A stretch of 64,000 bases of DNA. Origin: Polyangiales bacterium. Its GTDB lineage: Bacteria; Myxococcota_A; Polyangia; Polyangiales; Polyangiaceae. The position numbers were made by a program, and so were the translations under genes. This document shows positions 9,771 through 22,345 of this stretch, piece after piece. The DNA is taken from contig JBBRNJ010000002.1 of assembly GCA_038230375.1 (NCBI GenBank), forward strand, positions 1 through 64,000. Direction: 5' to 3'. The notes below the pieces were generated by a model, which was not told where the DNA came from, searched no databases, and saw only the letters and a list, made by a program, of their open reading frames with translations. Each line of letters begins with the position of its first letter. The stretch's first letter is position 1.

Positions 9771-10798
9771 GCGACTCCTCGGGGCCGGGGCTTCGTGATC
9801 TCGGCCAGGCGATCCGGCGGCAGCGCGCTCGCACGCTCACGGAGACGGGCCAGCAACGCTTCGCGTTTGCGGGAAGGGACTGACGCGTTCGCGCCATTGG
9901 TTCCGAGGTTGGTTCCGGGGTTCGTCGCGGGGTTCGCCGCCGAAGACACGACCTCTTCGGCCGCCTGGTCTGCGGGATCTTGCGCGAGCACCGCAGGGGC
10001 CTCGGCCGGATCGTACGCCGGCAACGCAGATGGTAGCGGCGGCGGCATGTCGCTCATGCGGCGCAGCTCCGCGCGCACCGCTTGCGGAAGAACGGACGGT
10101 CGCGTCGTGGGCGGTGGCACCGTACCAGGTGCGCGGTTGCTCTCGCGGGTGCCCTGGTGCAGGCTGCTGGAGACGACGTCAGGCGGCGGGTTGGTCTGCG
10201 CGTCGCCATCAGGATCAAGATCCTCCGCGTCTCGGTCTCCGGCGGCAGCGAAGCGAGCGACGGCTTGCTCCTTTGAGACGATCGGCGTGGGCGGCGGCGC
10301 CGTGTCGTGCGGACCTTCGTTCGTCCCGGCGAACGGCGCGGGCGGTGGCGGCGTGGGCGCGGTGTCATCGGTGTGCTGTTGATCTGCGGATGACGGCGCT
10401 GCGGGTGCGACCAGGGGATGGAGCTCGGGAGACGACGGCGATGGCGCCAGCGATCCCCCTGTAGGCACGCCGGGCTGCCGCATCGCGACCGCGCGGTCCA
10501 CGAGCGCCTTCGACTTCGCATCGAGCTTGGTGAATCGCAGCGACAGCGACGGCTGCTCCTCACGGCTGCGCTCATGGAACTGCGTGACGCGGCCCTCGCC
10601 GCGGATGAGCGTCTTGCCCGACTGCAGCGTGACCTCGAAGCGCAGGATGACGCCCGTCGGGCGCGAGTGCGCACCGATCAGCTCGATCGTCGTCTTGGTG
10701 ATGGAGTCCCCCTCCTTCGCCAGGTACTCGTCCTCGGACAAGTACGGGCGAATGACACGGACTGCCACCGGGCGAGACGCCTCGTTCACCCTACCCAT
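9767..10798 (-). CDS. Myxobacterial PilZ-like (TIGR02266-like) domain protein with a Pro-rich tail
   Basis: LRFEVTL...IRGEGRV...LRFTKLD..SK.LVDR resembles the myxobacterial PilZ-like domain; start inferred, the longer track ORF overlaps purD. Confidence 0.6.
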   Translation of the reverse strand: MGRVNEASRPVAVRVIRPYLSEDEYLAKEGDSITKTTIELIGAHSRPTGVILRFEVTLQSGKTLIRGEGRVTQFHERSREEQPSLSLRFTKLDAKSKALVDRAVAMRQPGVPTGGSLAPSPSSPELHPLVAPAAPSSADQQHTDDTAPTPPPPAPFAGTNEGPHDTAPPPTPIVSKEQAVARFAAAGDRDAEDLDPDGDAQTNPPPDVVSSSLHQGTRESNRAPGTVPPPTTRPSVLPQAVRAELRRMSDMPPPLPSALPAYDPAEAPAVLAQDPADQAAEEVVSSAANPATNPGTNLGTNGANASVPSRKREALLARLRERASALPPDRLAEITKPRPRGVA

Positions 10799-10850
10799 GA
10801 TAGCTGGATTTGGCCGTTTGGTCCTGAAAGCCGTGATAGGCCCAGCTGCC

Positions 10851-12140
10851 ATGCTTGGTTCCAGCGTTTGCTCCAGCGCCTCGGTCCTGATCCTCGGCTC
10901 GGGCGCACGTGAGCACGCGCTGGGCCTCGCGCTCAGCCCCCACACCCGGACCTTCTTGCCAGGCAACGAAGGCACCTGCGCGCTCGGTCGGAACATCGCC
11001 GGCGACCCGACCGACGTGGCGTTCGTGCTCAGGATTGCTGCTGAAATCAAGCCTGATCTGGTGATCGTTGGCCCCGAGGCGCCGCTGGTCGCGGGCGTCG
11101 TGGATGCCCTTCGCGCGGCCGGCCTTGTTGCGTTCGGGCCCACGCGGGACGGCGCGCGCCTCGAAGGCTCGAAGGCATTCATGAAGGAGTTCTGTAAGCG
11201 GCACGGGGTGCCGACAGCCGCCTTTCGGGTCTTCGACGACCCCGTGGAGGCCAAGGCCTACATCCGCGCCGAGGACCGGCCGCTGGTCGTGAAGGCGGAC
11301 GGGCTGTGCGCAGGCAAGGGCGTTGTGGTCGCGAAGGACGCAGAGGAAGCGCTCGCGGCCGTGGAGGCGATGATGGTGGCGCGCGTGTTCGGCGACGCTG
11401 GCGCACGGGTCGTCATCGAGGACGTGTTGCCGGGCGAAGAGGCCAGCTATCACGTGCTCGTATCTGGACGCGACGTGCTCGCGCTCGCGCCAGCGCAGGA
11501 TCACAAGCGTGCGCTCGACGGCGATCGTGGGCCGAACACGGGCGGCATGGGCGCGTACGCGCCGGCGCCGATCGTGACCAAGGAGGTCCGCGATCGCGTG
11601 ACGAAAGACATCGTGGAGCCGGTGTTGCGCGGGCTGCGCGAAGACGGGCTCGACTTCCGCGGTGTGCTCTTCGTGGGACTCATGATCGAGGACGGCGTGC
11701 CACGCGTGCTGGAGTTCAACGTGCGCTTTGGCGATCCGGAGACCAGCGTCGTGCTGCCGCTGATCGACGGCGACGTGTACGCACTGCTCATGGCCGTGGC
11801 GAACGGGACGCTGGGCGCGGCGAAGGTCGGGATACGCGAGGGCTCGTGCGTGACCGTGGTGATCTCGGCGGAGGGATACCCGGGAACGCCCACGAAGGGC
11901 GACGAGATAAAGGGGCTTGAAAAGAAGCTGCCCGAGGGCGGCTACGTGCTCCACGCAGGAACGGCGCGCGGTGGGGACGGTGGGGACAAGATCGTGACGG
12001 CGGGGGGGCGGGTGCTCGCGGTGGGCGCACGCGCGGCGACGTTCGTGGAGGCGCGGAAGCGGGCGTATGAGGTTGTAGACTGCATTCAATTTCGCGGGAT
12101 GCACTACCGCAAGGACATCGGGTATCGCGCGCTGCCGTGA
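10851..12140 (+). CDS. purD: Phosphoribosylamine--glycine ligase
   Basis: GSGAREHAL, GPEAPL, LEGSK, VKADGL.AGKGV, QDHKR..DGD.GPNTGGMG, EFNVRFGDPE. Confidence 0.97.
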   Translation: MLGSSVCSSASVLILGSGAREHALGLALSPHTRTFLPGNEGTCALGRNIAGDPTDVAFVLRIAAEIKPDLVIVGPEAPLVAGVVDALRAAGLVAFGPTRDGARLEGSKAFMKEFCKRHGVPTAAFRVFDDPVEAKAYIRAEDRPLVVKADGLCAGKGVVVAKDAEEALAAVEAMMVARVFGDAGARVVIEDVLPGEEASYHVLVSGRDVLALAPAQDHKRALDGDRGPNTGGMGAYAPAPIVTKEVRDRVTKDIVEPVLRGLREDGLDFRGVLFVGLMIEDGVPRVLEFNVRFGDPETSVVLPLIDGDVYALLMAVANGTLGAAKVGIREGSCVTVVISAEGYPGTPTKGDEIKGLEKKLPEGGYVLHAGTARGGDGGDKIVTAGGRVLAVGARAATFVEARKRAYEVVDCIQFRGMHYRKDIGYRALP

Positions 12141-12143
12141 AGG

Positions 12144-12316
12144 CGACCTCAACCGACCTCGAGACCTCGACCTCGACCTCGACTTCGACGTAGACCTCGA
12201 CCTCGACTTCGACATCGACCTCGACTTCGACGTAGACCTCGACCTCGACCTCGACTTCGACGTAGACCTCGACTTCGACCTCGGACGTCGGTCACGTTCA
12301 CGGGCACGGGCACGGG
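12144..12316. repeat. Intergenic hexamer-period tract (GACCTC/GACTTC/GACGTA)n followed by (CACGGG)n
   Basis: About 20 imperfect 6-bp units directly after the purD stop. Confidence 0.9.
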
Positions 12317-12365
12317 GTGGAAGGGCGGTGCAATGCCGAGGGGCATTGTGGTAGGCCAATGGGCC

Positions 12366-13700
12366 ATGGCCGACATTGCTCCGCTTACTCCGCTTCGCTT
12401 TTCGTCGTCTGATCTGGGGGCGTTGGTGGCTCCTCCTTACGACGTGATCTCTCCTGCGGAGCGTGAGGTGTTGGCGGCTTTGAGCCCGGACAACGTGGTG
12501 CGATTGATCCTTCCGCAGGGGGAGGGAGACTCGAAGTACGCGGTCGCTGCGACGGAGCTTGCTCGCATGCGCAGCTCGGGTGCGTTGGTCCGTGACCCGG
12601 AGCATGCGTATTACAAATACGAGCAGACGTTCACTCCCCCTGGTCAGCCGGCCGCTCCGAAGCGCACCCGCACGGGTTTTCTTGGGCTCGTGAGGCTGGT
12701 TCCGTTCTCCGAGCGCATCGTTCTTCCGCACGAGCGTACGCTCTCCGGCCCGAAGGAGGATCGGCTGAAGCTCTTCCGCGCCACACGCACGAACCTGTCT
12801 CCCGGCTTCATGCTCTACCGCGACCCGTCGCGCGCACTCGACGTCGCGCTCGCGAAGGGAGCCGTCGTGGCAGAGTTCGATACGCCAGATGGCATCCACC
12901 ACCGCCTCACCAAGATCGCGGACAAGGATGCGGTCGCTGCGATCACGAAGGGCGTTGCGTCCTCGAAGCTGCTCATCGCGGACGGGCACCACCGCTACGA
13001 GACCGCGCTCCGTTACTCGGGTGAGGTCGATGGGCAGGGCGCGCTCCCGAACGGCACGCACAAGTACTTCATGGTCTTCTTCGCCAACGAGGACGACCCC
13101 AACCTGGTCGTCTATCCGACGCACCGGCACGTCCACGCGCTCCCGAGCTTCTCGCTCGACGACCTCGCGGCGAAGGCGGCTACGCTGTTCACGGTCGACA
13201 AGATCGACGCGGGAGCCGAGGCGCCGGCACTGCTTGCTCGCCTCGCGGAGGCCGGGAAAAAGGGCCCCAGCTTCGTTGCCGCCGGTCGCGATGGTCGTGC
13301 GCTGCTGCTCTCGCTGAAAACCGACGTGGACCTCGGAGCGCATGCCGGGCTCGGCGCGATGATCCCGGAGCTGCGCCGCACCGACGTGGCGGTCCTGCAT
13401 GGCGGCATCCTCGAGCCGCTCCTTGGCATCACGAAGGAAGCGCAGGCCGCAAAGACCAACCTCTGGTACCCGCAGGACGCGCGCGCTGCACTCGCGCAGC
13501 TCCGCGGTCAGAGCGACGCGGCCAGGACGAACGGCCCAGGCGACGTGCTTTTCCTGATGAACGCCACGCCAGTCGCCGATGTGCGCAAGGTCGCCGAGGC
13601 CGGCGAAGTGATGCCGCAGAAGGCGACATTCTTCTATCCGAAGGTCCTCACGGGCCTCTGCATCCACACGCTCGAGACGACGGAAGCCGTGCATCTTTGA
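12366..13700 (+). CDS. DUF1015 family protein
   Basis: APPYDVIS, PHERT, IADGHHRYETA, MPQKATFFYPK motifs. Confidence 0.9.
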   Translation: MADIAPLTPLRFSSSDLGALVAPPYDVISPAEREVLAALSPDNVVRLILPQGEGDSKYAVAATELARMRSSGALVRDPEHAYYKYEQTFTPPGQPAAPKRTRTGFLGLVRLVPFSERIVLPHERTLSGPKEDRLKLFRATRTNLSPGFMLYRDPSRALDVALAKGAVVAEFDTPDGIHHRLTKIADKDAVAAITKGVASSKLLIADGHHRYETALRYSGEVDGQGALPNGTHKYFMVFFANEDDPNLVVYPTHRHVHALPSFSLDDLAAKAATLFTVDKIDAGAEAPALLARLAEAGKKGPSFVAAGRDGRALLLSLKTDVDLGAHAGLGAMIPELRRTDVAVLHGGILEPLLGITKEAQAAKTNLWYPQDARAALAQLRGQSDAARTNGPGDVLFLMNATPVADVRKVAEAGEVMPQKATFFYPKVLTGLCIHTLETTEAVHL

Positions 13701-13802
13701 GAAGTGTCAAGTCGCTGACGCTTCGAGAAAAATAGAGAATTTTCGCAAAGCCGACTTCCAGCAGCGGAAGAACGGGGTTACCTTCGATCTGTTCTCCAAT
13801 TC

Positions 13803-13827
13803 GCGCGCGCGAATCGGTCGCGCGCGC
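13803..13827 (+). promoter_or_regulatory. Perfect 10-bp hairpin upstream of lon
   Basis: GCGCGCGCGA-ATCGG-TCGCGCGCGC, ending 17 nt before the lon ATG. Confidence 0.45.
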
Positions 13828-13844
13828 CCCCCGAGGTCATACGA

Positions 13845-16268
<2,424 letters not shown>

Positions 16269-16284
16269 ACCACCACCGTTTTCC

Positions 16285-17409
16285 ATGAACAAGCAGGCAG
16301 CCGCTCTCGCAACGATGGTCCTCATCGGGCTTGGCGGCTGCGCTGCTTTTGTGGCGACGCTCGTGGGCTGCGCGGGTCTCATCGGCGCGAACTTCGATCG
16401 CGCGCCAGGTGCTGAGGCGGGGGAGGACGAGGGCGGCGTCGACGGCGGTGAGGGCGGAGCGTCTCCGTTCACCGTGGTCAACGTGTTGCCTGTCGGCGAG
16501 ACGTACTACGCCGTCTACGCGGCGGACGTCGACAACGTGTACGCGGTGGGCTCGAACGGCGCGCACAACGACTTCTACAACGGCACGTGGCACCGCAACG
16601 ACGGCATCTCCGGCCGCGCCTACTACGGGATCTGGGGAGAGTCGTCGTCCGAGGCGTACTGTGTTGGAACCATCTCCGACGGCCGCGGAATCATCCAGCG
16701 CTACAACGGAAAGAACTGGGTCGACGAGTACATCTCGGACACGCAGCTCTACGGCGTGTGGGGCTACGGCAGCGTCGTCTACGCGGTCGGCGCAAAGGGG
16801 ATGATCTACGCGAAGCAGAAGGGGACCACGACGTGGGCGTCGCGCTTGTCGATGGGGCTGCCCGCGAACCCGAAGGTCCCGAGCGACAGCCAGTCACCCA
16901 TCCTCTTCGGTATCTCCGGCAACAACTTGAACGACTTCGCGATGCCCGCGGGACAGGACAGGCTCTTCCACTACGAGGGCAACGGCGACTTCATCAACCT
17001 GGATCCCGCCGTCGATCGCACCGTCTCGTTCCGCGCGGTGTGGGGCCCGCCGGCGTCGCAGACGAACGTCTTCTTCGGGACCAACTACCTTGGCGTCGCA
17101 TGGCTGTCTGCACCCCGCGCCGCGCCCGGTCTGGACGCGGCCATCAAGAACGACACGGTCATCAAGATCCACGAGGAGCAGGGCATCCAGGGCGCCAAGG
17201 ATCTCTACGTGAACGGCATCTGGGGAACACCCGCCACCGTCGTGTTTGCGGGCGATCTGGGCCGCATCTTTCGCTTCGACATTGCCACGGACACGTTCAC
17301 CACGCTCCCGTCACCCAGCAACCTGGGCCTCCTTGCCGTGAGTGGTACCTCACTGTCGGACATCTGGATCGTCGGCGAAAACGAGCTCGTGATGCACGGC
17401 TCGCTCTGA
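16285..17409 (+). CDS. Putative lipoprotein with about 7 beta-propeller-like repeats
   Basis: Lipobox LVGC; repeated (Y/L)xG(V/I)WG...V(Y/W)AVG units. Confidence 0.65.
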   Translation: MNKQAAALATMVLIGLGGCAAFVATLVGCAGLIGANFDRAPGAEAGEDEGGVDGGEGGASPFTVVNVLPVGETYYAVYAADVDNVYAVGSNGAHNDFYNGTWHRNDGISGRAYYGIWGESSSEAYCVGTISDGRGIIQRYNGKNWVDEYISDTQLYGVWGYGSVVYAVGAKGMIYAKQKGTTTWASRLSMGLPANPKVPSDSQSPILFGISGNNLNDFAMPAGQDRLFHYEGNGDFINLDPAVDRTVSFRAVWGPPASQTNVFFGTNYLGVAWLSAPRAAPGLDAAIKNDTVIKIHEEQGIQGAKDLYVNGIWGTPATVVFAGDLGRIFRFDIATDTFTTLPSPSNLGLLAVSGTSLSDIWIVGENELVMHGSL

Positions 17410-17429
17410 GCCGCAGGGCCCACGAGCGA

Positions 17430-19019
17430 CTATCTCGAGTCCTCGACCAGGATCTCCCCGCTGTACTCGTAGCGCCCGTAGCGTTGGGCGCCGTGGAAGA
17501 GCAGAACACGGTAGCTGCCGGCGGCCGGCAGATCGCAGTGGATCGCGATCTCCGCGGCGTTCGTGACCTTGCAGCGCTCACGCTTGCCGCCGCTCACCCA
17601 ATCCGCGAGCATGAAGAGCGAGCCGCCCTCTGGCTTTGCGACCGCGGCATCCACCGCGCCCTGCACCGTGATCTGCGAGTGGTCCGGGCGCAACAGCCGC
17701 GCGCCAGTGCCCAAGAACCGCGGTCGGAGCAGCGGCGCGCGCATGAAATCGCCGCGCGAGATGGTGGGATTGCGCAGCTGCCACGTGGACTCCTTGGGGA
17801 AGTGGTCCAGCCCGAAGAGCTCTGGCGGCGTGAAGAGATACTCGCTGGAGTACTTCTTCTCGAACACGTCGTTGTTCACGGGCCCCGCGTCCCACGTGAC
17901 GTCAACCAGCTGCCATGCGCCGCCGATCTTCACGGCGTTCCACGCGTGCCCGTTGCCGTCCACCTGACCGCCGTCGCCTTTTGCGTCACCGAGCAGGTAC
18001 TGCGCCTCCATGCCCGCGGCCTTCGCGATGGCAAGGAAGAGCCGCGCGAAGCCCTCGCACACGCCCATGTGGCGCGTGTAGACGGTCCTGGCATCTTGAG
18101 GCGCGCGTTCGGCCGGCACGCGAAAGGAGTGAACGTCATAGGCGGTGCGGTCCGCGACGAAGTCGTGAATTGCGCGCGCGCGCATGGCCTCGTCCGGGAA
18201 GGTCTGAGCCATGTACGTGCCCACTGTCTCGGGCGTCGTGAGTGAGGCCTCGGGAACGGCCAGCGCGGCGGCGATCGGCGTGCCCGCGCTTGGCCACATG
18301 CGCCCCGGCGTCGGGAGGGTGTCCTCTACCTTGGGTGTGGGTGCTGGAACCGGGGGCGCCTGCTTCGCGTTCTTGTCGGTGCTGGGGTCAACGCCGTTCC
18401 CATTCTTGTTCGCGTTGCCGTTCTGATCGGTGGCCTGATCGCCGCTCTCCTGGGTGAGCTCCTTTGACTCGCCCTTGCGGACTGGCGGCGGGACCTTGTC
18501 GTCCTTGTGTGACTTCTTGTCCTCTGCGCCGTCCTCGTACGGGTTGTCGTGCGCGGCGCGATAGATCCAGTCGAAGGCATCTGCAACATGATGCAGCGTG
18601 CTGCGCGTCTTCTCTGCCCACGGCGCGTGATTGCCGTCGAGCAGGAAGTCACCACGAGCCGAAAGCGCGCGCACGCCAGCCTCTGGAGCAAGTCCGAAGA
18701 GCGCGCCCACGAAGAGCACGTTCAGGGCAAGGGTGCGCATCCACAGGCGGTCCGTGAAGGTGAGAATGTGCGGCCGCGGCGCCTTCTTTTTGGCTCGCCG
18801 GTACTTCGCAAAACCCTCCCACGCGAGCGGAAGGAGCGGGAACCCGAGGAGCCCCGACACGATCGCTGCCCATCGCGGTCCGTTGCCGTACGCGGCAAGG
18901 GACGACGCGGTCCATGCGCCAATGACGGGCAGGAGCAGCGCGAATGTCACCACGCCGATCTTCAGGAGAAGGAAGAACGCCCGTGATTCAAGGCTCGCTT
19001 TCGATCGCTTCGTTCCCAC
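17430..19019 (-). CDS. Membrane-anchored transglutaminase-like domain protein
   Basis: N-terminal TM helices; triad motifs GVCEGFA, HAWNAV, DVTWD; start approximate. Confidence 0.85.
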   Translation of the reverse strand: MGTKRSKASLESRAFFLLLKIGVVTFALLLPVIGAWTASSLAAYGNGPRWAAIVSGLLGFPLLPLAWEGFAKYRRAKKKAPRPHILTFTDRLWMRTLALNVLFVGALFGLAPEAGVRALSARGDFLLDGNHAPWAEKTRSTLHHVADAFDWIYRAAHDNPYEDGAEDKKSHKDDKVPPPVRKGESKELTQESGDQATDQNGNANKNGNGVDPSTDKNAKQAPPVPAPTPKVEDTLPTPGRMWPSAGTPIAAALAVPEASLTTPETVGTYMAQTFPDEAMRARAIHDFVADRTAYDVHSFRVPAERAPQDARTVYTRHMGVCEGFARLFLAIAKAAGMEAQYLLGDAKGDGGQVDGNGHAWNAVKIGGAWQLVDVTWDAGPVNNDVFEKKYSSEYLFTPPELFGLDHFPKESTWQLRNPTISRGDFMRAPLLRPRFLGTGARLLRPDHSQITVQGAVDAAVAKPEGGSLFMLADWVSGGKRERCKVTNAAEIAIHCDLPAAGSYRVLLFHGAQRYGRYEYSGEILVEDSR

Positions 19020-19096
19020 CGTGGTTTTTCCGGCGCTCCTGAGGCGCGTGCCTCCACCGTAGCGCAACCCGGCGCATCGGCGATACGCTGCGGGCG

Positions 19097-20392
19097 ATGC
19101 AGGAGATTCGACTGGGGCTACTCGGGTGCGGCACGGTCGGCGGCGGCGTGGTGCGGCTGCTTGCGCAGAACGAGGCACGCTTGACTGCGCGGGTGGGCAA
19201 GAAGCTCACCGTGGTCCGCGCGCTCGTACGCGACCCGAAGAAGGAGCGGCCCAGCGAGCTGCCAGCGTCGGCGCTCACCACGCGCCCGGAGGACGTCCTC
19301 GAGGACCTTTCGCTGGATGTCATCGTGGAGGTGATGGGCGGCGCGCAGGTCACGCGCGACTACGTGCTCTCGGCGATCCGCGGGAAGAAGCAAGTCGTCA
19401 CTGCGAACAAGATGCTCCTCGCATTGCACGGCGGGGAGCTCGTCGCAGAGGCAAAGAAGCACGGCGTGGACCTCGCCTTCGAGGCCTCCGTTGGCGGCGG
19501 AATACCGCTCATCCGCGTGCTCCGCGACGCCCTTGCCAGCGATCGCATCTCGCACTTCGCCGGCATCATCAACGGCACGAGCAACTTCATCCTCACCAAG
19601 ATGCAGCGCGAGGGACAGAGCTTCGAGGCCGCGCTCGCGGAGGCGCAGAAGCGCGGCTACGCGGAGGCGGACCCCACGCTCGACGTTGGCGGCGGTGACG
19701 CGAAGCACAAACTCGCGGTCCTTGCGATGCTCGCATTCGGCGCGCTCGTCGCTTCGGATGACATCCCCACCGAGGGCATCACCGAGCTCGAGCCGATCGA
19801 CCACGTGCTCGCGGATCGCTTTGGCTTCGTCATCAAGCCGCTCGCCACGGGCCGCGCCCACGACGGTACCTGCGATCTGTTCGTGCACCCCGCGCTGGTG
19901 AAGAAGGACGCGCCGCTTGCCAACATCGGCGACGTCATGAACGCGCTCGCGCTCACGGGCGAGGCACTGGGCCCATGCATGCTGTCCGGTCGTGGCGCGG
20001 GTGACATGCCCACCGCGGTGAGCGTGGTCGCGGACGTGCTCGACGTCGCGCGCGCGAAGGTGCTCGGCGTGATGGGGCAGGCCACCCAGGCGCTCGCGCT
20101 CACGCCCATGAAGCCGTCGCCGCGGTCGCACGCCCACGGACGCTACTATCTGCGCTTCTCCGTGTTCGATCGCCCCGGAGTGCTCGCGAAGATCACGGGC
20201 GCGCTGGGTGACCGGCGCGTGTCGATCGAGCAGATGGTGCAGCAGGGCGGGGGAGAAGCGGACGGAACTGCGGTGTCGGTCGTGATCCTCACGCACCGCG
20301 CGAACGAGGGGGACGTCGCGGCCGCGCTCGCCGTGGTCGCAGCGGGTGACTACGTGGCGCGCCCCACACGGCTCCTGCGCGTGCTCGACTGA
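19097..20392 (+). CDS. hom: Homoserine dehydrogenase with an ACT domain
   Basis: GCGTVG, VVTANK, FEASVGGGIP, GIINGTSNFIL, AEADPTLDV; C-terminal DRPGVLA ACT domain. Confidence 0.96.
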   Translation: MQEIRLGLLGCGTVGGGVVRLLAQNEARLTARVGKKLTVVRALVRDPKKERPSELPASALTTRPEDVLEDLSLDVIVEVMGGAQVTRDYVLSAIRGKKQVVTANKMLLALHGGELVAEAKKHGVDLAFEASVGGGIPLIRVLRDALASDRISHFAGIINGTSNFILTKMQREGQSFEAALAEAQKRGYAEADPTLDVGGGDAKHKLAVLAMLAFGALVASDDIPTEGITELEPIDHVLADRFGFVIKPLATGRAHDGTCDLFVHPALVKKDAPLANIGDVMNALALTGEALGPCMLSGRGAGDMPTAVSVVADVLDVARAKVLGVMGQATQALALTPMKPSPRSHAHGRYYLRFSVFDRPGVLAKITGALGDRRVSIEQMVQQGGGEADGTAVSVVILTHRANEGDVAAALAVVAAGDYVARPTRLLRVLD

Positions 20393-20414
20393 GCATCACG
20401 CGTGAGAGCGCCCG

Positions 20415-21239
20415 TCAGAGATCCACCAGCTCCACGTCCGTTGCGTCCTCGCCCAGAAAGCGCGCAGCGGACGCCGCGAACGAAGCAGCAAGGTCCGTCA
20501 CCAGCAGCTTGATGGTGCCTCTCGCCTGCTGCGTATTGAGGAGCCCGCGCTCTTCCAGAAAAGCCGTGGTGTCGTGCGCGGTCGCCGTGGCGCTGTCGAC
20601 CACGCGCACGGACTCGCCCAGCATCACCTTTGCCTCCTCCTCGATCACGCGGCGTAGCAGCGGGTAGTGCGTACACCCCAGCACCACCACGTCCACGCGG
20701 GCGCGTGCGAGCGGCTCCAGGTAGCGACGCACCGCAAGACGCGGAACCTCACCATCCAGCCACCCCTCCTCGGCGAGTGGGACGAGCAACGGCGCGGCCT
20801 GTCCGATCGTCTCCGCGCGCGTGGACAGCTGGCTCACTGCGCGCGGATATGCGCCGGACGCCACGGTGCCCGCGGTGGCCAGAACCCCTATTTTCCCGCT
20901 CCGCGTCGCTGCGACTGCCGCACGTGCGCCCGGCTCGATCACGCTCAGCACCGGCAGGTCCAGGTCCACACGCAGCCGCTCGGGCGCGACGGCGCTGACC
21001 GTATTGCAGGCGATCACCAGCGCCTTCACGCCGCGTCCCACCAGGTGGCGCGAGCACGCGAGCGCGTACTTCACGATCGTGTCGGGCCCCTTCGTTCCAT
21101 AAGGTACGCGCGCCGTGTCGCCCAGGTAGACGATGTCCTCGTGCGGGAGCGCAAGCCGCAGCGCACGCACCACCGTGAGCCCGCCAAGGCCGGAGTCGAA
21201 CACACCAAGCGGCGCGCTGGAGCGGATGCCTGCCGTCAC
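20415..21239 (-). CDS. murI: Glutamate racemase
   Basis: GVFDSGLGGL, DTARVPYG, ACNT, LGCTH. Confidence 0.97.
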   Translation of the reverse strand: MTAGIRSSAPLGVFDSGLGGLTVVRALRLALPHEDIVYLGDTARVPYGTKGPDTIVKYALACSRHLVGRGVKALVIACNTVSAVAPERLRVDLDLPVLSVIEPGARAAVAATRSGKIGVLATAGTVASGAYPRAVSQLSTRAETIGQAAPLLVPLAEEGWLDGEVPRLAVRRYLEPLARARVDVVVLGCTHYPLLRRVIEEEAKVMLGESVRVVDSATATAHDTTAFLEERGLLNTQQARGTIKLLVTDLAASFAASAARFLGEDATDVELVDL

Positions 21240-22192
21240 GATGCTACCGCCGCATCGCTCGCCGCGGCCGTGGACGTGAGCAGCAGCGACAGCGCGGCCA
21301 TTCGCACTGCCACGCCCGACTCCACCTGGTCCAGGATGACGACGCGCTCGCCGAGCGCTTCGATCTTCGTGGAGAGCTCCACGCCCCAGTTCACCGGACC
21401 AGGGTGCATGATCAGGCAGTCGGGCTTTGCGATGCCCATGCGCCCGGGATGCAGCCCGAACGTGCGCGCGAACTCACGGGTAGAGCCCATCATCGCGCCG
21501 CCAAAGCGCTCGTTCTGGATGCGCAGCATCATGACCACGTCCGCGTCCCGCAGGCCTTCGTCCAGGTCGTGATGGACGGTGACGGTGGGACCGAGCGCCT
21601 CTGCGGAGGGCGGCATCATCGTGCGCGGTGCCACCAGACGCACCTTCGCACCCAGCGCGCCGAGCAGGAGCGCATTCGAGCGCGCGACCCTCGAATGCAG
21701 GATGTCGCCGCAGATGGCCACCGTGAGCCCGCGGATCTGCCCGCGCTTGCGACGGATGGTGAACGCGTCCAGCAGCGCCTGCGTGGGGTGCTCGTGGAGG
21801 CCGTCGCCTGCGTTGAGGATGGGGATGCTGGAGTGCGAAGCAAGGAAGTGAGGGACACCGGACGCGGAGTGACGAACGACGATGGCATCCGCGCGCATCG
21901 CCTCGATGTTCTTCAGCGTGTCCAGGATCGACTCGCCCTTGCTGAAGCTCGAGCTCTTCGGGCTCAGGTTCACGACCTCGGCACCGAGGCGCTTGCTCGC
22001 CATCTCGAAGGACGCGCGCGTACGGGTGCTTGCCTCGAAGAACAGGTGGACCACGACCTTGCCGCGTAGCTCCTCGGACTTGCGCTCGCCCTCGCGGAGG
22101 AACCCGAGGTAGTGCTCCGCGCGCGCAAAGAAGATCTCGGCGCGGGAGGCGTCGATGTCCGCGGTGCCAAGGAGGTGCTTCTGGGTCCACAT
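21236..22192 (-). CDS. pyrB: Aspartate carbamoyltransferase catalytic subunit
   Basis: FFEASTRT, NAGDG.HEHPTQ, GDILHSRV, LRIQNER, MHPGP. Confidence 0.97.
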   Translation of the reverse strand: MWTQKHLLGTADIDASRAEIFFARAEHYLGFLREGERKSEELRGKVVVHLFFEASTRTRASFEMASKRLGAEVVNLSPKSSSFSKGESILDTLKNIEAMRADAIVVRHSASGVPHFLASHSSIPILNAGDGLHEHPTQALLDAFTIRRKRGQIRGLTVAICGDILHSRVARSNALLLGALGAKVRLVAPRTMMPPSAEALGPTVTVHHDLDEGLRDADVVMMLRIQNERFGGAMMGSTREFARTFGLHPGRMGIAKPDCLIMHPGPVNWGVELSTKIEALGERVVILDQVESGVAVRMAALSLLLTSTAAASDAAVAS

Positions 22193-22345
22193 GCGCGATG
22201 CTCCGGGGTCGGCTGCTTCACCATAGTACGGAATCTTTTTTCCGGATCAGCCCCGCAGGCGAAAAATCCTTCCGGGAAGAATGGGCCCGAGCAACGGAAA
22301 AACAGGCTGTTTCGTGCCGGCGCGACGCTTGCACTGGCGGCGCGC

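Noticed and set aside
12144..12316. Possible CRISPR array
   Set aside because: Period-6 low-complexity repeat with no unique spacers and no cas genes.
10791..13694. 967-aa minus-strand ORF with an RS-repeat segment
   Set aside because: Antisense shadow of purD and the DUF1015 gene; the RS stretch is only the hexamer tract read backwards.
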